From the IMG/VR virus record IMGVR_UViG_2695420475_000001: a DNA stretch of 64,000 bases; one strand, given 5' to 3'. This document shows positions 48,052 to 57,165 of this stretch, piece by piece; within the stretch, counting starts at the first letter, position 1; each line of letters begins with the position of its first letter. The notes under the pieces were generated by a model, which was given only the letters and a program-made list of their open reading frames with translations, was not told where the DNA came from and did no database searches. The translations under genes were made by a program, and so were the position numbers. The DNA is from a virus. Taxonomy: Duplodnaviria; Heunggongvirae; Uroviricota; Caudoviricetes.

Positions 48052-48742
48052 ATGATGGACGACACGGCCCAGGTACGGCACCTCAGGTCGGATCCTTTTT
48101 ATCGGAACCTACTGCGGGATTACCCTGCCATCCATATGGCCACCGGCATCCCGATGGCCGCGCGGAGATGTCTCTCCACATTCCCCGTACGACCGACGCT
48201 TTCCTGGAGCTACCTGTACTTGCGCATGTGGTCTGACAGCCGGGGCCACACTGACTAACGAGGATGTTCTCCCTTTGCACTACCGGCAGCCTACGCCGCC
48301 AGTCGGGGCTCGAACCCGAATCTTCCTCTCGTGGAGCTGCCCGGAATTGAACCGGGATGTTACGTGACTTGTCACAGTCTTCTACGTGCGTAGTCCACCG
48401 ATTGGGTCGGTTGGGGTGGACGCCTGTCCGAATCGAGACCTCAGACTCTCGACCGATCTTCCAGCACAGTTTGTCGCCTGAGAGCTGGTCATTGCGAGTT
48501 CCCCGTATTCGCGACGGTGGATTGGTAAACGGAACGGGTAAACCGTTGTACCCCACCGGACTACGCAGCTAGGGCGTAGTCGGACTGAGCAGAAGCTGCA
48601 GTTATTGTGGTTGCACTGTTACGGGCGTTGCGGGCCCGGCACGCTTCTCAGTAAGTTGACACGCAATCGAATACCTGTCAGCCCCATTAAAGTATCTATA
48701 TCTCTATGGAGTTTTCAAATGTCATGCCACACAGAGGCATTG

Positions 48743-48813
48743 CACGGGCGGAGAGAATCGAACTCCCACTAACGGGTTTGGAATCCGTTGTCCTACCTTT
48801 GGACCACGCCCAT
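48743..48813 (-). tRNA. tRNA-Trp (anticodon CCA)
   Basis: Cloverleaf similar to bacterial tRNA-Trp; loop TTCCAAA. Confidence 0.7.
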
Positions 48814-48885
48814 ATCACCGGAATTTCCGGAACCGGTAACCGGTGTGAACTAAGTCTACGACCCACCCACATGAACCTCTAGCGA

Positions 48886-48924
48886 ATAAAAACGGGCCCC
48901 GATCCACTGAGGAACCGGGGCCCA
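48886..48924 (-). terminator. Rho-independent terminator (minus strand)
   Basis: 8-bp GC stem GGGCCCCG...CGGGGCCC followed by TTTTTATT in minus sense. Confidence 0.6.
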
Positions 48925-48945
48925 ACGTCGAGAAAGCCTACGCTT

Positions 48946-49122
48946 ACTGCTTGGTTGGGAAGGTTCCGTCATCAGCCGGAATGGTTCCGTTCCACCATCC
49001 GTGAGCCTTCGCCTGTGACCACTTGTCGCGGTCAGCCGACCCATAGATGGCCTCGACTACCTGCGAGCGGAACAGGTCAGCCTGTGGGGTTCCCGCTACG
49101 GGCTTGTTGTTCTGATTCGCCA
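48946..49122 (-). CDS. Small hypothetical protein (58 aa)
   Basis: MANQNNKPVAGTPQADLFRSQ...; below the ORF-track cutoff; followed by the terminator. Confidence 0.3.
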
Positions 49123-49201
49123 TGTGGTGAGTCCTTGCTTGAAAGTCTTTGATGCACAGCAGCTGTGCTTACATCTATATTCTAGCACGCGTTTGCTGTG
49201 A

Positions 49202-49564
49202 CTATTCCCGCCAGTTCCTTGACGTGGGATGTTTGACCTTCTTCTTCGCCTTCCCGCCTCGGCGCTGATTGCAAACCAGGTGGCAGGGAACGAGATTCGA
49301 AACGTCGTAGCAGAGTGGGTCATCCCAGGCGAGATCTTTCACAGGGATGATGTGGTCTACGGTCGCGCTCATCGGGTCAGGCCATTTGAGGCTCAGGTCA
49401 ATGAACTCGTGGCACTGATCGCAGATCTGGCTGGCACGTAAAACCCGGGCCTTGGCCTTTTCGAACCTAACCCCTGTTCGCCCCAGAGAGCGGGGGCCTT
49501 TCGTTGAGCTGGTGGGCAAGTAGATAGTCCTTTGCGCGCGTGAGCATTTCGACAGAGTCGTCAA
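49202..49564 (-). CDS. HNH endonuclease
   Basis: CDQCHEFI...VDHIIPV...CHLVCNQRRGG motif. Confidence 0.65.
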   Translation of the reverse strand: MTTLSKCSRAQRTIYLPTSSTKGPRSLGRTGVRFEKAKARVLRASQICDQCHEFIDLSLKWPDPMSATVDHIIPVKDLAWDDPLCYDVSNLVPCHLVCNQRRGGKAKKKVKHPTSRNWRE

Positions 49565-49991
49565 ACAGTCCTAGCGCCGTGTTGCAGGTCTTGCATAGAA
49601 GGCCACGAATACATGTACCGCAGCTCTTGTTTTCTGCACAGCAGTCGTGATCATGGTCAACACAGATTTTCCCGTCCAGCAGCTCGTTGGCGCATATTGC
49701 GCATCGACCGCCCTGGTGAGATCTCATCTGCGTGAGGTCGTCTGGTGTTAGTCCAAATCGATAGAAGTAGGCGCGAACCCGCATGCACTTCTTACAGTGA
49801 GTTCGACGCTGACGCCCGTTATGGCCGTGATTGCCATAGAACTCAGAAACTGGCAAATGTTGCTTGCACCAGTTACACCGCCGCACCTCTGATGCATCTG
49901 TCCCTGAACTCATTATCCCACTAATCTGACCGAACTCACAGCGGCAGACCGGCCCATCCCTCAAGACGCACCAGACGGCGCTCAAGTTCAT
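49467..49991 (-). CDS. Endonuclease VII-like HNH nuclease (probable start 49913)
   Basis: CAICANELLDGKICVDHDHDCCAENKSCGTCIRGLLCKTCN motif; paralog of 28541..29257. Confidence 0.7.
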   Translation of the reverse strand: MNLSAVWCVLRDGPVCRCEFGQISGIMSSGTDASEVRRCNWCKQHLPVSEFYGNHGHNGRQRRTHCKKCMRVRAYFYRFGLTPDDLTQMRSHQGGRCAICANELLDGKICVDHDHDCCAENKSCGTCIRGLLCKTCNTALGLFDDSVEMLTRAKDYLLAHQLNERPPLSGANRG

Positions 49992-50271
49992 CCAGGCGCG
50001 CGTTCTGGGCCTTGTCCGTATCGTCGGTCATCATGCGGAAACCTGCCTCATACAGCGCCTCTGCGGCCTTCTGGGCTCCACCCTCGTTCGGATAGACGTC
50101 AGTCCAGTCGTAGAAGCGTCCATTGACGCGGGCCTTTGCATGCTGCTTGATGAGCGCGGTCATCAAGCTGACGTCGGACACGTCCCCACCTACTTGGTGG
50201 GGACGGTCGGCATGACCGGTGTCGGCCAGCAGAGGAGCGCAAGGCCCTTGTCCTTGGCGATGTCCAGGCAC
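49936..50271 (-). CDS. Hypothetical protein (probable start 50163)
   Basis: ORF. Confidence 0.35.
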   Translation of the reverse strand: MPGHRQGQGPCAPLLADTGHADRPHQVGGDVSDVSLMTALIKQHAKARVNGRFYDWTDVYPNEGGAQKAAEALYEAGFRMMTDDTDKAQNARLDELERRLVRLEGWAGLPL

Positions 50272-51050
50272 TTGGAGACCAGCACGTTGGGGTCGCGAGA
50301 TACGGAGCTCGACAGAATCTCATTTGCGCGGGCCTGGGCCTCGGCAGTCTTCTGGTCCTGCAGGGCCACCGAGGTGGCAGCGCGGGACTGGTTGATTTGA
50401 TTGATCTTCTGTTCGGTGCCCTCGTCGTAGTCGATCGTCGGGACAGCTACGTCCAAGATTTCGACTTGGGTGCCCACCTTGCTTGCAAGGATTTTGCGGG
50501 CCTGCTCCGACAGCTCTGGCAGTGGAGACTGGTCGAGATTCTTCGGGGCCAAAGGGTCGAACGTTGCGAACACCTCGTTCAATGCAACCTGCAGGTTTCG
50601 GGTGACCAGGTTGGTTCGAACGTTGTCGAATGTCTTGTACTGGACGAATAGCTCTGGCGTGGCTTCCTGCTTAATCTGCCAACGAACTGACACATCCGCG
50701 TCTGCAGTGGAAGAGTTACCTAGACGAACCTTGATGCGATTGTCACCCTTGTGCTGGTCGATCTGGATCGCCCCGTCCATCTCAGTGACGTTCGCCCACG
50801 GGGCCTTGAAGTGCAAGCCGTTGGACAGCGTTGAGCCATTCGGTCGCCCGAACGTGGTCTCGATACCAATCTGTCGAGTACCAACGGTGGTTATCGAAGC
50901 GAAGATACCGAAGATCAACGCGAATACACCGGCACCGGCAGCGGTGAGGAGTGGGATGTATCGATCTTTGCGGGGCGCGATCGGAGTTGCAATAACGGCA
51001 ATTCCGGCAACGATGAGCAGGATCAGGGTGATCCACATTGTGGGCGGCAT
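50190..51050 (-). CDS. SPFH/band-7 (prohibitin/HflK-like) membrane protein
   Basis: N-terminal TM helix, SPFH core and a C-terminal Ala/Gln-rich coiled-coil (AEAQARANE). Confidence 0.7.
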   Translation of the reverse strand: MPPTMWITLILLIVAGIAVIATPIAPRKDRYIPLLTAAGAGVFALIFGIFASITTVGTRQIGIETTFGRPNGSTLSNGLHFKAPWANVTEMDGAIQIDQHKGDNRIKVRLGNSSTADADVSVRWQIKQEATPELFVQYKTFDNVRTNLVTRNLQVALNEVFATFDPLAPKNLDQSPLPELSEQARKILASKVGTQVEILDVAVPTIDYDEGTEQKINQINQSRAATSVALQDQKTAEAQARANEILSSSVSRDPNVLVSKCLDIAKDKGLALLCWPTPVMPTVPTK

Positions 51051-51154
51051 AGACGGCTCCTAGATTTCGGTGGTGAGTAATTCGGCTACGGTCACGGGGC
51101 GCTCAGACCCACGTCTGAAGTGAAATAGCCTGTAGTAGAGGTAGATGAGCTGCT

Positions 51155-51667
51155 TCACGCGACGTTTCCGAACAGGCGCTCCATCACGTTGTCGGTGGAG
51201 GCCCGGAACTCGGCAAGGTTCTTCGAGTGGTTGTCCACATCGCCTGGCTGAGTGCTGAGACGTGAACGCCACTCGAGGTTGTCGGCGTCGCAGTTTTGTG
51301 GATCACCGTCAATGTGGTGGACACGCCACTTCTGCACTTCACGTTGATCAGCTCGGTTGTACGGCACGCCATGGAATGCAGAAGCGACTAGGGTGTCTAC
51401 CCGTAAGAGCAGACTCCAACTCGCAGTACGCCCGGATCCACGATGAATCGACACGTATAGATGGTCATCAGCTGGTCGGTTCTTACTGGCGTTCCGGCCA
51501 ATTCGCCGCGACAGGTAGTAGCCGTTGTAGTTGCGTTTCCATGTCGTGCCGTCTTTGCGGGTGAATTCCCGGGTGAACGGCAATGATCTGACAATACCTG
51601 TGTTGGACACTTCATACCGCTGGTCCAGGAAAGGGATCGGCTTCCAGATCAGCTCAGGTGTCTCCAT
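51155..51667 (-). CDS. HNH homing endonuclease
   Basis: VHHIDGDPQNCDADNLEW motif. Confidence 0.7.
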   Translation of the reverse strand: METPELIWKPIPFLDQRYEVSNTGIVRSLPFTREFTRKDGTTWKRNYNGYYLSRRIGRNASKNRPADDHLYVSIHRGSGRTASWSLLLRVDTLVASAFHGVPYNRADQREVQKWRVHHIDGDPQNCDADNLEWRSRLSTQPGDVDNHSKNLAEFRASTDNVMERLFGNVA

Positions 51668-51882
51668 TAGCGCCCCTCCTCGGCCCAGTAAGCCTCCATC
51701 ACTTTCGTGACGGCCTTGTACCAGTCAGGACGTCCGCTCAGTTCGCCGTCAATGGCATCGAAATAGACCTCGCCCGTTGCAGTTTCTTCGATCTCGCCGT
51801 CCAGATGCTGGCGGTCAAGCTCGCTGATGAGAACCTCTTCGAGCTGGCGGATAAGCACTGTGTCATCGGGGCGCAGGCTCAC
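51667..51882 (-). CDS. Hypothetical acidic protein
   Basis: ORF. Confidence 0.35.
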   Translation of the reverse strand: MSLRPDDTVLIRQLEEVLISELDRQHLDGEIEETATGEVYFDAIDGELSGRPDWYKAVTKVMEAYWAEEGR

Positions 51883-52095
51883 CTAGATCTGCTCCAGGGC
51901 CTGGATTACCTCATCTGGAAATACGCCAGATTCCTTGACCGCCGCGATGAAAGAGTTTGTGAGGGCTATGAGCCCCGCAGCGGTGCCCAGCCATGCGAAG
52001 AACTCGCCTACCTGATCGATGGGAATGCCGTTGAAACCAATGTCAACGGTGTCGTTGCTGTTGATATTGAAAGTGTTTTCGATTTGGTTCTTCAT
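51883..52095 (-). CDS. Hypothetical protein (track ORF 51883..52413 trimmed to the Met at 52095 with an AGGAA ribosome-binding site)
   Basis: Avoids overlap with the exonuclease gene. Confidence 0.35.
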   Translation of the reverse strand: MKNQIENTFNINSNDTVDIGFNGIPIDQVGEFFAWLGTAAGLIALTNSFIAAVKESGVFPDEVIQALEQI

Positions 52096-52097
52096 AG

Positions 52098-52904
52098 TCA
52101 GATTCCTGTCACGTTGGTGGATGCAATGCAATGGGTGTCTTTCAGCCACTTGCCGCAGTCCTGGCACTGGAAGCGCGTGTAAACACGAGTGGCGTTCTTT
52201 CGAGTGCCCTGCTTGGTGATGTGCGTGGAATTGCAATTTGGACAATGCATCTCGCCGTCCTCGGTCCACAACCCGAGGTTCATGCCACGCAGCCACGGAC
52301 GGGTGTCGTAGTAGAGCTCCACCGTCTGATCGACGTCGCGCATGTTGTAGCTCTTCATTGACCGACGAGCACGGCGTAGCACATCGCCCTGGCCGAAGCG
52401 CAGTGTGCGCCAAAGGCCATTCTCAGTGTTCTCCTTGCCCTCCATCGCCTTTGCCTTTGCGACGTAGCGCATTGACTTGGCGTATGGGTTGAAGTTTCGC
52501 GAGATTTCCTTCATGAGGTCAATGTCCACATGAGGAGCTGGCGGCGTTAGGTCGTAATACCAGAACGCAGTATTGAGGTGCTTGACGTCGAAGTTCTTGC
52601 TGTTGTACCCAACGACGTAGTCCGCTGCCGACAGGAGGTCCCAAGCCTGCTCCACCATGTTCTGATGTCCACCACCCGGGGTGTGAGACTGGTTGTCCTG
52701 CGGTAGGTTCCCATCCCATTCGGCAACGAACTTGGTCTTGTGGTCGGGGTCGTCAATCCACCGGTAGGCGAAGCAGATGGTGCGAGGAGGCTCGATAACG
52801 CGTTCGGGGGCGATCCAACTGCCGTACTGCTTGCCTTCCCACACCCCGTCAACCAGAGCCGACTGGCGCTCGATATCGATTGCCAGGATCTTCGCATCCG
52901 TCAT
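52098..52904 (-). CDS. DEDDy 3'-5' exonuclease (DnaQ-like) with C-terminal zinc ribbon
   Basis: Exo I LAIDIE, Exo II YNSKNFD, Exo III YNMRD; CPNC...CQDC. Confidence 0.8.
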   Translation of the reverse strand: MTDAKILAIDIERQSALVDGVWEGKQYGSWIAPERVIEPPRTICFAYRWIDDPDHKTKFVAEWDGNLPQDNQSHTPGGGHQNMVEQAWDLLSAADYVVGYNSKNFDVKHLNTAFWYYDLTPPAPHVDIDLMKEISRNFNPYAKSMRYVAKAKAMEGKENTENGLWRTLRFGQGDVLRRARRSMKSYNMRDVDQTVELYYDTRPWLRGMNLGLWTEDGEMHCPNCNSTHITKQGTRKNATRVYTRFQCQDCGKWLKDTHCIASTNVTGI

Positions 52905-52917
52905 ATGTCTGCCTATC

Positions 52918-53151
52918 TCAGTTCTGGAACTGTTCTTCGAGCTTCGCGGTGGTGAGCTTGTCCCAATGGGCGATGAATTCTTCTGTCATGACATGCAATT
53001 GCTCACCGGACACGAGAAAGGCATGTGGCTCACCGCTCTTATGGGTAAGCACCTGAATGAAGATGTTCTCAGTGACCCGGATGGTCACGCCCATGTCTGT
53101 CTCAATGGCTTCGAGCTGACCGAGATGCTCGAACTCGCCCGTAGCGCTCAC
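52918..53151 (-). CDS. Hypothetical protein
   Basis: ORF. Confidence 0.35.
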   Translation of the reverse strand: MSATGEFEHLGQLEAIETDMGVTIRVTENIFIQVLTHKSGEPHAFLVSGEQLHVMTEEFIAHWDKLTTAKLEEQFQN

Positions 53152-53417
53152 TCGGGGGCCGCGAAGCAGTCGAGGGTCGTACCAGCGAGAAAGGCCTCGA
53201 ACAGCATGTTAGCCATCTCGCCGCGCTCTTCTACGCTCTGCACCCAAACGCTCTTTGGAGGCGCTACGAGTGTGTCGGGGCCTGCGACGATTAGGAGGTA
53301 GCGCCCATCCTCCAGTGCGACAGTGAGGTGTCCGTTGGAGTAGTGGAATGGGAGCCGCGTCCCAGGTGTTTTCAAAGTTTCCATGTGTCCCAGTCTATTT
53401 CGGTAAAATGGGATCAT
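53148..53417 (-). CDS. Hypothetical protein; start placed at the ATG inside the conserved ACCCACATGATC motif
   Basis: The track ORF 53148..53546 contains the in-frame motif-associated ATG at 53415-53417. Confidence 0.4.
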   Translation of the reverse strand: MIPFYRNRLGHMETLKTPGTRLPFHYSNGHLTVALEDGRYLLIVAGPDTLVAPPKSVWVQSVEERGEMANMLFEAFLAGTTLDCFAAPE

Positions 53418-53425
53418 GTGGGTAG

Positions 53426-53647
53426 TTATTTTCGACCGAAACCCGTGTACGGATCGACCTTCTCGCTCAGGTAGTTCAGGAGATGGAGCCCCGTAATAGC
53501 CACGGCGGCATGACAAATAGCCCAACCAAGACGAGAGCTCAGCCACCTATCAAACTGGTGACTGAGCTTCTCATCTTCGGGCGCAAAGTATTCAACGGCG
53601 GCGATATACGCCACCAGGCCGATCCAGCCCTTTTCGGAGTAGCGCAT
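53426..53647 (-). CDS. Small membrane protein
   Basis: Hydrophobic segments. Confidence 0.35.
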   Translation of the reverse strand: MRYSEKGWIGLVAYIAAVEYFAPEDEKLSHQFDRWLSSRLGWAICHAAVAITGLHLLNYLSEKVDPYTGFGRK

Positions 53648-54018
53648 TAGTCGCGGAACTTCTCCAACCCCTTCGGGCCCTTGAAGCGATCATCGAACTC
53701 GGGGAAGTTCTTGCGGAAGTACATCAATGCCAGGGCATGGAAGATCACGGCAGTGAGGTGCTCAAGGCCGGTCCCACCCTCGCCGTTGTCAAACTCTTCG
53801 CCATTCCACCACGCCATAGCGTGACGCATCATGGCGTCGTACGACTTGGACCACTCATAGCCCTTGGCCCAGTTATGGTCTGAGTACTTCTTCGCGCCCT
53901 TGCCGTACAGCTCCGCAACCTCTAGGAGCTCGCGCACCGGCAGTAGGGACATGCGGACATCGTTGCCCGCCTTCTGCCCTCCCGTGGAGGAGGTGGTCAT
54001 CACTTCCCCGGCACTCAC
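53647..54018 (-). CDS. Hypothetical protein
   Basis: ORF. Confidence 0.4.
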   Translation of the reverse strand: MSAGEVMTTSSTGGQKAGNDVRMSLLPVRELLEVAELYGKGAKKYSDHNWAKGYEWSKSYDAMMRHAMAWWNGEEFDNGEGGTGLEHLTAVIFHALALMYFRKNFPEFDDRFKGPKGLEKFRD

Positions 54019-54212
54019 GCGCCAAGCTCCCTTGCTGCTTCGTTCAGAAAATCGTTGGCCCGGTCGTGGATCCCACGCAGGACGTCCTCGTCAACCTCGA
54101 TAAGTTCATCGCGCTCATACACAGAGCTGAACTCGATTCCGTCTTCGAGGTGTTCGATTGCGATCCGGCGCGCGACCTCAGTGATCGCTTCTGGGGTCAC
54201 TTCTTCACCCAC
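54015..54212 (-). CDS. Hypothetical acidic protein
   Basis: ORF. Confidence 0.35.
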   Translation of the reverse strand: MGEEVTPEAITEVARRIAIEHLEDGIEFSSVYERDELIEVDEDVLRGIHDRANDFLNEAARELGA

Positions 54213-54625
54213 ACTGTGATGGTCTTCTCCTGTGAGACAACCTCTTCAGTGGGTCCGTCGTAGTAGCCACCATTGAAGGAGGCATACCACCCATCACGAC
54301 GGAAGTAGCGAACCTCGCCATTATCGTCGGTAATCTTGAAGACAAACCAGTACTGGTCGCCTTGACCTTCGCCTCCGAAGGTGTCCTCAAGCTCGATACG
54401 CCCGAAGCCTTCGAAGTACTTGTGATCAATCTCCGACTCGGGGATCGGAACGAATTTGCGGGTGTCCGGGTTCCACCGCTCCTTTCTTACCCTGATGTAT
54501 TCCTCAAACTCATGCCAGCCGGTGATGTGCTCTGTCTTAGGCTCGGTCTCTTTGTACGGAATGTAGGTCACATCCCAGCCGGTATCCTGTACCAGCTCTT
54601 CGATATCCTCGACGGTGTAGCTCAC
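54197..54625 (-). CDS. MSYT-family protein, paralog 1 of 3
   Basis: Shares the GGEG.GD.W.VFK.T...G..RYFRR.G.YASF.GG.YDGPT.EV core with the next two genes. Confidence 0.5.
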   Translation of the reverse strand: MSYTVEDIEELVQDTGWDVTYIPYKETEPKTEHITGWHEFEEYIRVRKERWNPDTRKFVPIPESEIDHKYFEGFGRIELEDTFGGEGQGDQYWFVFKITDDNGEVRYFRRDGWYASFNGGYYDGPTEEVVSQEKTITVWVKK

Positions 54626-54957
54626 TTGATCTCCTCATATACGTTCATAAGCTTCTGCGTGACCCTTACTTCCCTTGTAGGGCCGTCATAGTCGCCGCCC
54701 ACGAAGGATGCGTAGTAGCCGCTGCGTCGGAAGTACCGCTCAGTCCCTTCAAGGCCGGTGACCTTGAAGACCATCCAAAGGTCTTCACCCTTTCCTTCGC
54801 CGCCGTACTGATCGATAAAGGCCGCTCGCCCGATACCAGGGATGACTACCTCTTCATCCCCGTACTCGAGCAGGTCTTCGAACTCGAACCAGCTACCGGA
54901 CCACTCGTTTTCTTCGTCTTCGATCGCCTTGTTGAGTGCCTTGATTGTGTAGCTCAT
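54622..54957 (-). CDS. MSYT-family protein, paralog 2 of 3
   Basis: Same conserved core; starts MSYTI. Confidence 0.5.
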   Translation of the reverse strand: MSYTIKALNKAIEDEENEWSGSWFEFEDLLEYGDEEVVIPGIGRAAFIDQYGGEGKGEDLWMVFKVTGLEGTERYFRRSGYYASFVGGDYDGPTREVRVTQKLMNVYEEIK

Positions 54958-55289
54958 CAGATAGACCTCCAGTCAGCCTTCTTTACGTGCGCGGCCTCTA
55001 CCTCGAATGTGTCTCCACCCCAGTGGATTCCGTCATAGGAAGTGGCATAACCACTGTGCTTGAAATGGCGAATGCCCGAGAAACTTCTCACCTCGAAAAC
55101 GAAGTACACCTGTGTACTCACGCCCTGTTCCTTCTCTGGGGTGTGGGCCTCAACAAGGGTGGCTATGCCGATGCCCGGAAGACCTACAGAGGCACCCATC
55201 TGCAGAAGGTTGTAGAGCCCTTCCCAGGCGATCCCGGGTGCTACGAAGGTCGTAGCGAGATCGGTGATGTCGTCAACGGTGTAACTCAT
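54957..55289 (-). CDS. MSYT-family protein, paralog 3 of 3 (more diverged)
   Basis: Starts MSYTV; conserved FKHSGYATSYDG...GDT.EV. Confidence 0.45.
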   Translation of the reverse strand: MSYTVDDITDLATTFVAPGIAWEGLYNLLQMGASVGLPGIGIATLVEAHTPEKEQGVSTQVYFVFEVRSFSGIRHFKHSGYATSYDGIHWGGDTFEVEAAHVKKADWRSI

Positions 55290-56092
55290 ACGGTTTCCAA
55301 TCGCTTCAGAAAGTGGCTGTTGTCTTTGTGCCGCTGCACGTAATCGAGATCCGGTTTACGGAACTCGTCAAAGTGGCTGACGATGAACTGAGCACTCCTC
55401 CCCTTCGTCAGGGAGGTGATTGTGCGGCGCAGGGCCCACTGGTATGCCGCACCCGGTGAGTACTTGTAGTCGTTGGGGATCACCAACCGCTCCAGTGCGG
55501 TCACGTAGATCTCCTCGCGGAACATCTGCACAATGCGCTCGTGAGGTATTGCCCAGACCTTCGCCATGTCCATCTGGACCGTCTTGCCGTTCTTCAGGCA
55601 CTCGTCATAGATGGGCTTCCCGGGCGTGTAGGCCACGGAGTGGTGGATGGAGTCATGGTCGTAGATGCGCTTCACCGCGTCGGTGAAGAACTCATCGGAC
55701 TCCTGGGTGAGATCCACCTGCTTCTTGCCATGGAGGTCTTCCCACACCTTGTAGAGCACGTCATGCCATTCGGGGATGAGCTTGGCTCCCCTGCGCTTGA
55801 GGTCAAGCAGGTCGGCCATGTGCTTACCCCAGGAGTTGTTCTTCAGCTCCCAGTAGGCGTGCGAGTGCTTGATTGTGTACAGCTGATCTGGGCTTGCGAA
55901 TACGGACGTCTTGTCCGTCAACTCCAGAATCTCGTACAGCCGGGGGTCCCAGAATGCGTCCCCTCGGATAGAGGGGTCCGCGAGCGAGGTGTTTGGCTCG
56001 TTCGTGAAGAGGTCCACGTCCTTCGGTTCCCGCCAGTCGGGAAACCAGTGCTTCGCGGCTACCGAGCCGACGATGAGCGTGGTCAAATCCAT
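55286..56092 (-). CDS. Hypothetical protein, possible nucleotidyltransferase-fold (GS...DVDLF)
   Basis: N-terminal VGSVAAKH...PKDVDLF resembles the pol-beta-type NTase signature; weak. Confidence 0.3.
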   Translation of the reverse strand: MDLTTLIVGSVAAKHWFPDWREPKDVDLFTNEPNTSLADPSIRGDAFWDPRLYEILELTDKTSVFASPDQLYTIKHSHAYWELKNNSWGKHMADLLDLKRRGAKLIPEWHDVLYKVWEDLHGKKQVDLTQESDEFFTDAVKRIYDHDSIHHSVAYTPGKPIYDECLKNGKTVQMDMAKVWAIPHERIVQMFREEIYVTALERLVIPNDYKYSPGAAYQWALRRTITSLTKGRSAQFIVSHFDEFRKPDLDYVQRHKDNSHFLKRLETV

Positions 56093-56273
56093 GCCTTCTG
56101 TCGGCGGATGCGGTGGATGCGACGGCGAACGCGCGACCGCTTCGGGTTGTACTCCCCCCGTCCCACGGCGAGGCTGCGCTTCAGTGCACGGCCCGGGATT
56201 CGGGACCAGCGCTCGCGGGCTGCGTCTGAGTCGGCGGGAACCATCGGGTTCTCGTCAGCCATGTGGTCTTCGG

Positions 56274-56492
56274 TCATCGCCCACGCCTCGCGTTGTTGAC
56301 GTCGACGTTGATCGACCAGGCAACACCCATGCCCAGCAAGAACTCAACCACCCACGCTGCAATCACTTCCGGGGCTTCAAGATCACCAGCAATCGCCACC
56401 GAGGTGATCAGTGCGGTGATGAATAGGAAGGTGCGCAAACTCATTTCTCTCCACATCCGTTGTGATTGATGAACTTTCGCCAGTGCTTCCAA
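56274..56492 (-). CDS. Small membrane protein
   Basis: Two hydrophobic helices. Confidence 0.35.
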   Translation of the reverse strand: MEALAKVHQSQRMWREMSLRTFLFITALITSVAIAGDLEAPEVIAAWVVEFLLGMGVAWSINVDVNNARRGR

Positions 56493-56899
56493 CCGTTTGG
56501 ACAGTGGAAACCCCAGTCACGAGTCACGCGGCCAGTGATGATCAGGGTGGTGGCTGGCTTCTCGTACCACCGGTCGTGTTCGAAGCTCCATATCGGCAGA
56601 GGCACCAGCTCCACACGATGGGCCACGGTCGCTCGCCGGAACGCGATACTCGGGGCCTTTCGCAGGTTCCGTGATCCGTCCGTGCGATGCTCCCAGTAGG
56701 AGCCCTTCAATAGAATCGACACAAACCACCAGGGATGGTCGTGAAGTGCGCGATCGTCATCCGACCCGAGGAACTTGTGAAGGTAGATGTTGAAGCGCTT
56801 ATTGCGCGGAATGACGTGCCACCGCAATAGGTATGGGGTCCCATCCTGGCGGTTGAGAGTGATGTCAGGAGCCCTCATGCGCGGAGTTCCTCCAAACAC
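56441..56899 (-). CDS. Hypothetical protein
   Basis: 152-aa ORF. Confidence 0.4.
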   Translation of the reverse strand: MFGGTPRMRAPDITLNRQDGTPYLLRWHVIPRNKRFNIYLHKFLGSDDDRALHDHPWWFVSILLKGSYWEHRTDGSRNLRKAPSIAFRRATVAHRVELVPLPIWSFEHDRWYEKPATTLIITGRVTRDWGFHCPNGWKHWRKFINHNGCGEK

Positions 56900-57165
56900 T
56901 GATTGGCGATTGCTTGAACCCGAGCAAGAGGATCCACCGGCAACGAACCGATGGCACCGTGACGGTGCCTAACCCCATATGTTTCGAAGCGGATATCTGA
57001 CAAGGCACTTCTTGCTTTGTCTAGTCGGCTAGACAAAAGGTGGATCGTAGTCTGCTGTGTCGCAATGATTTCCGCCATCGTCTGAATGCTGCCATTCAGC
57101 GATGCCGTTGCGCCCCAGTCGTTTCCATCCATGGAAATAATCGTATCGACGGGATTCGGGTTCAT
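56875..57165 (-). CDS. Hypothetical protein; start ATG embedded in the ACCCACATGAACC motif
   Basis: MNPNPVD... begins at the motif. Confidence 0.45.
   Translation of the reverse strand: MNPNPVDTIISMDGNDWGATASLNGSIQTMAEIIATQQTTIHLLSSRLDKARSALSDIRFETYGVRHRHGAIGSLPVDPLARVQAIANQCLEELRA

Noticed and set aside
48083-48556. 157-aa minus-strand ORF spanning the T-arm-like hairpin region
   Set aside because: Low-complexity translation. The region is otherwise RNA-like and it overlaps tRNA-like structures.
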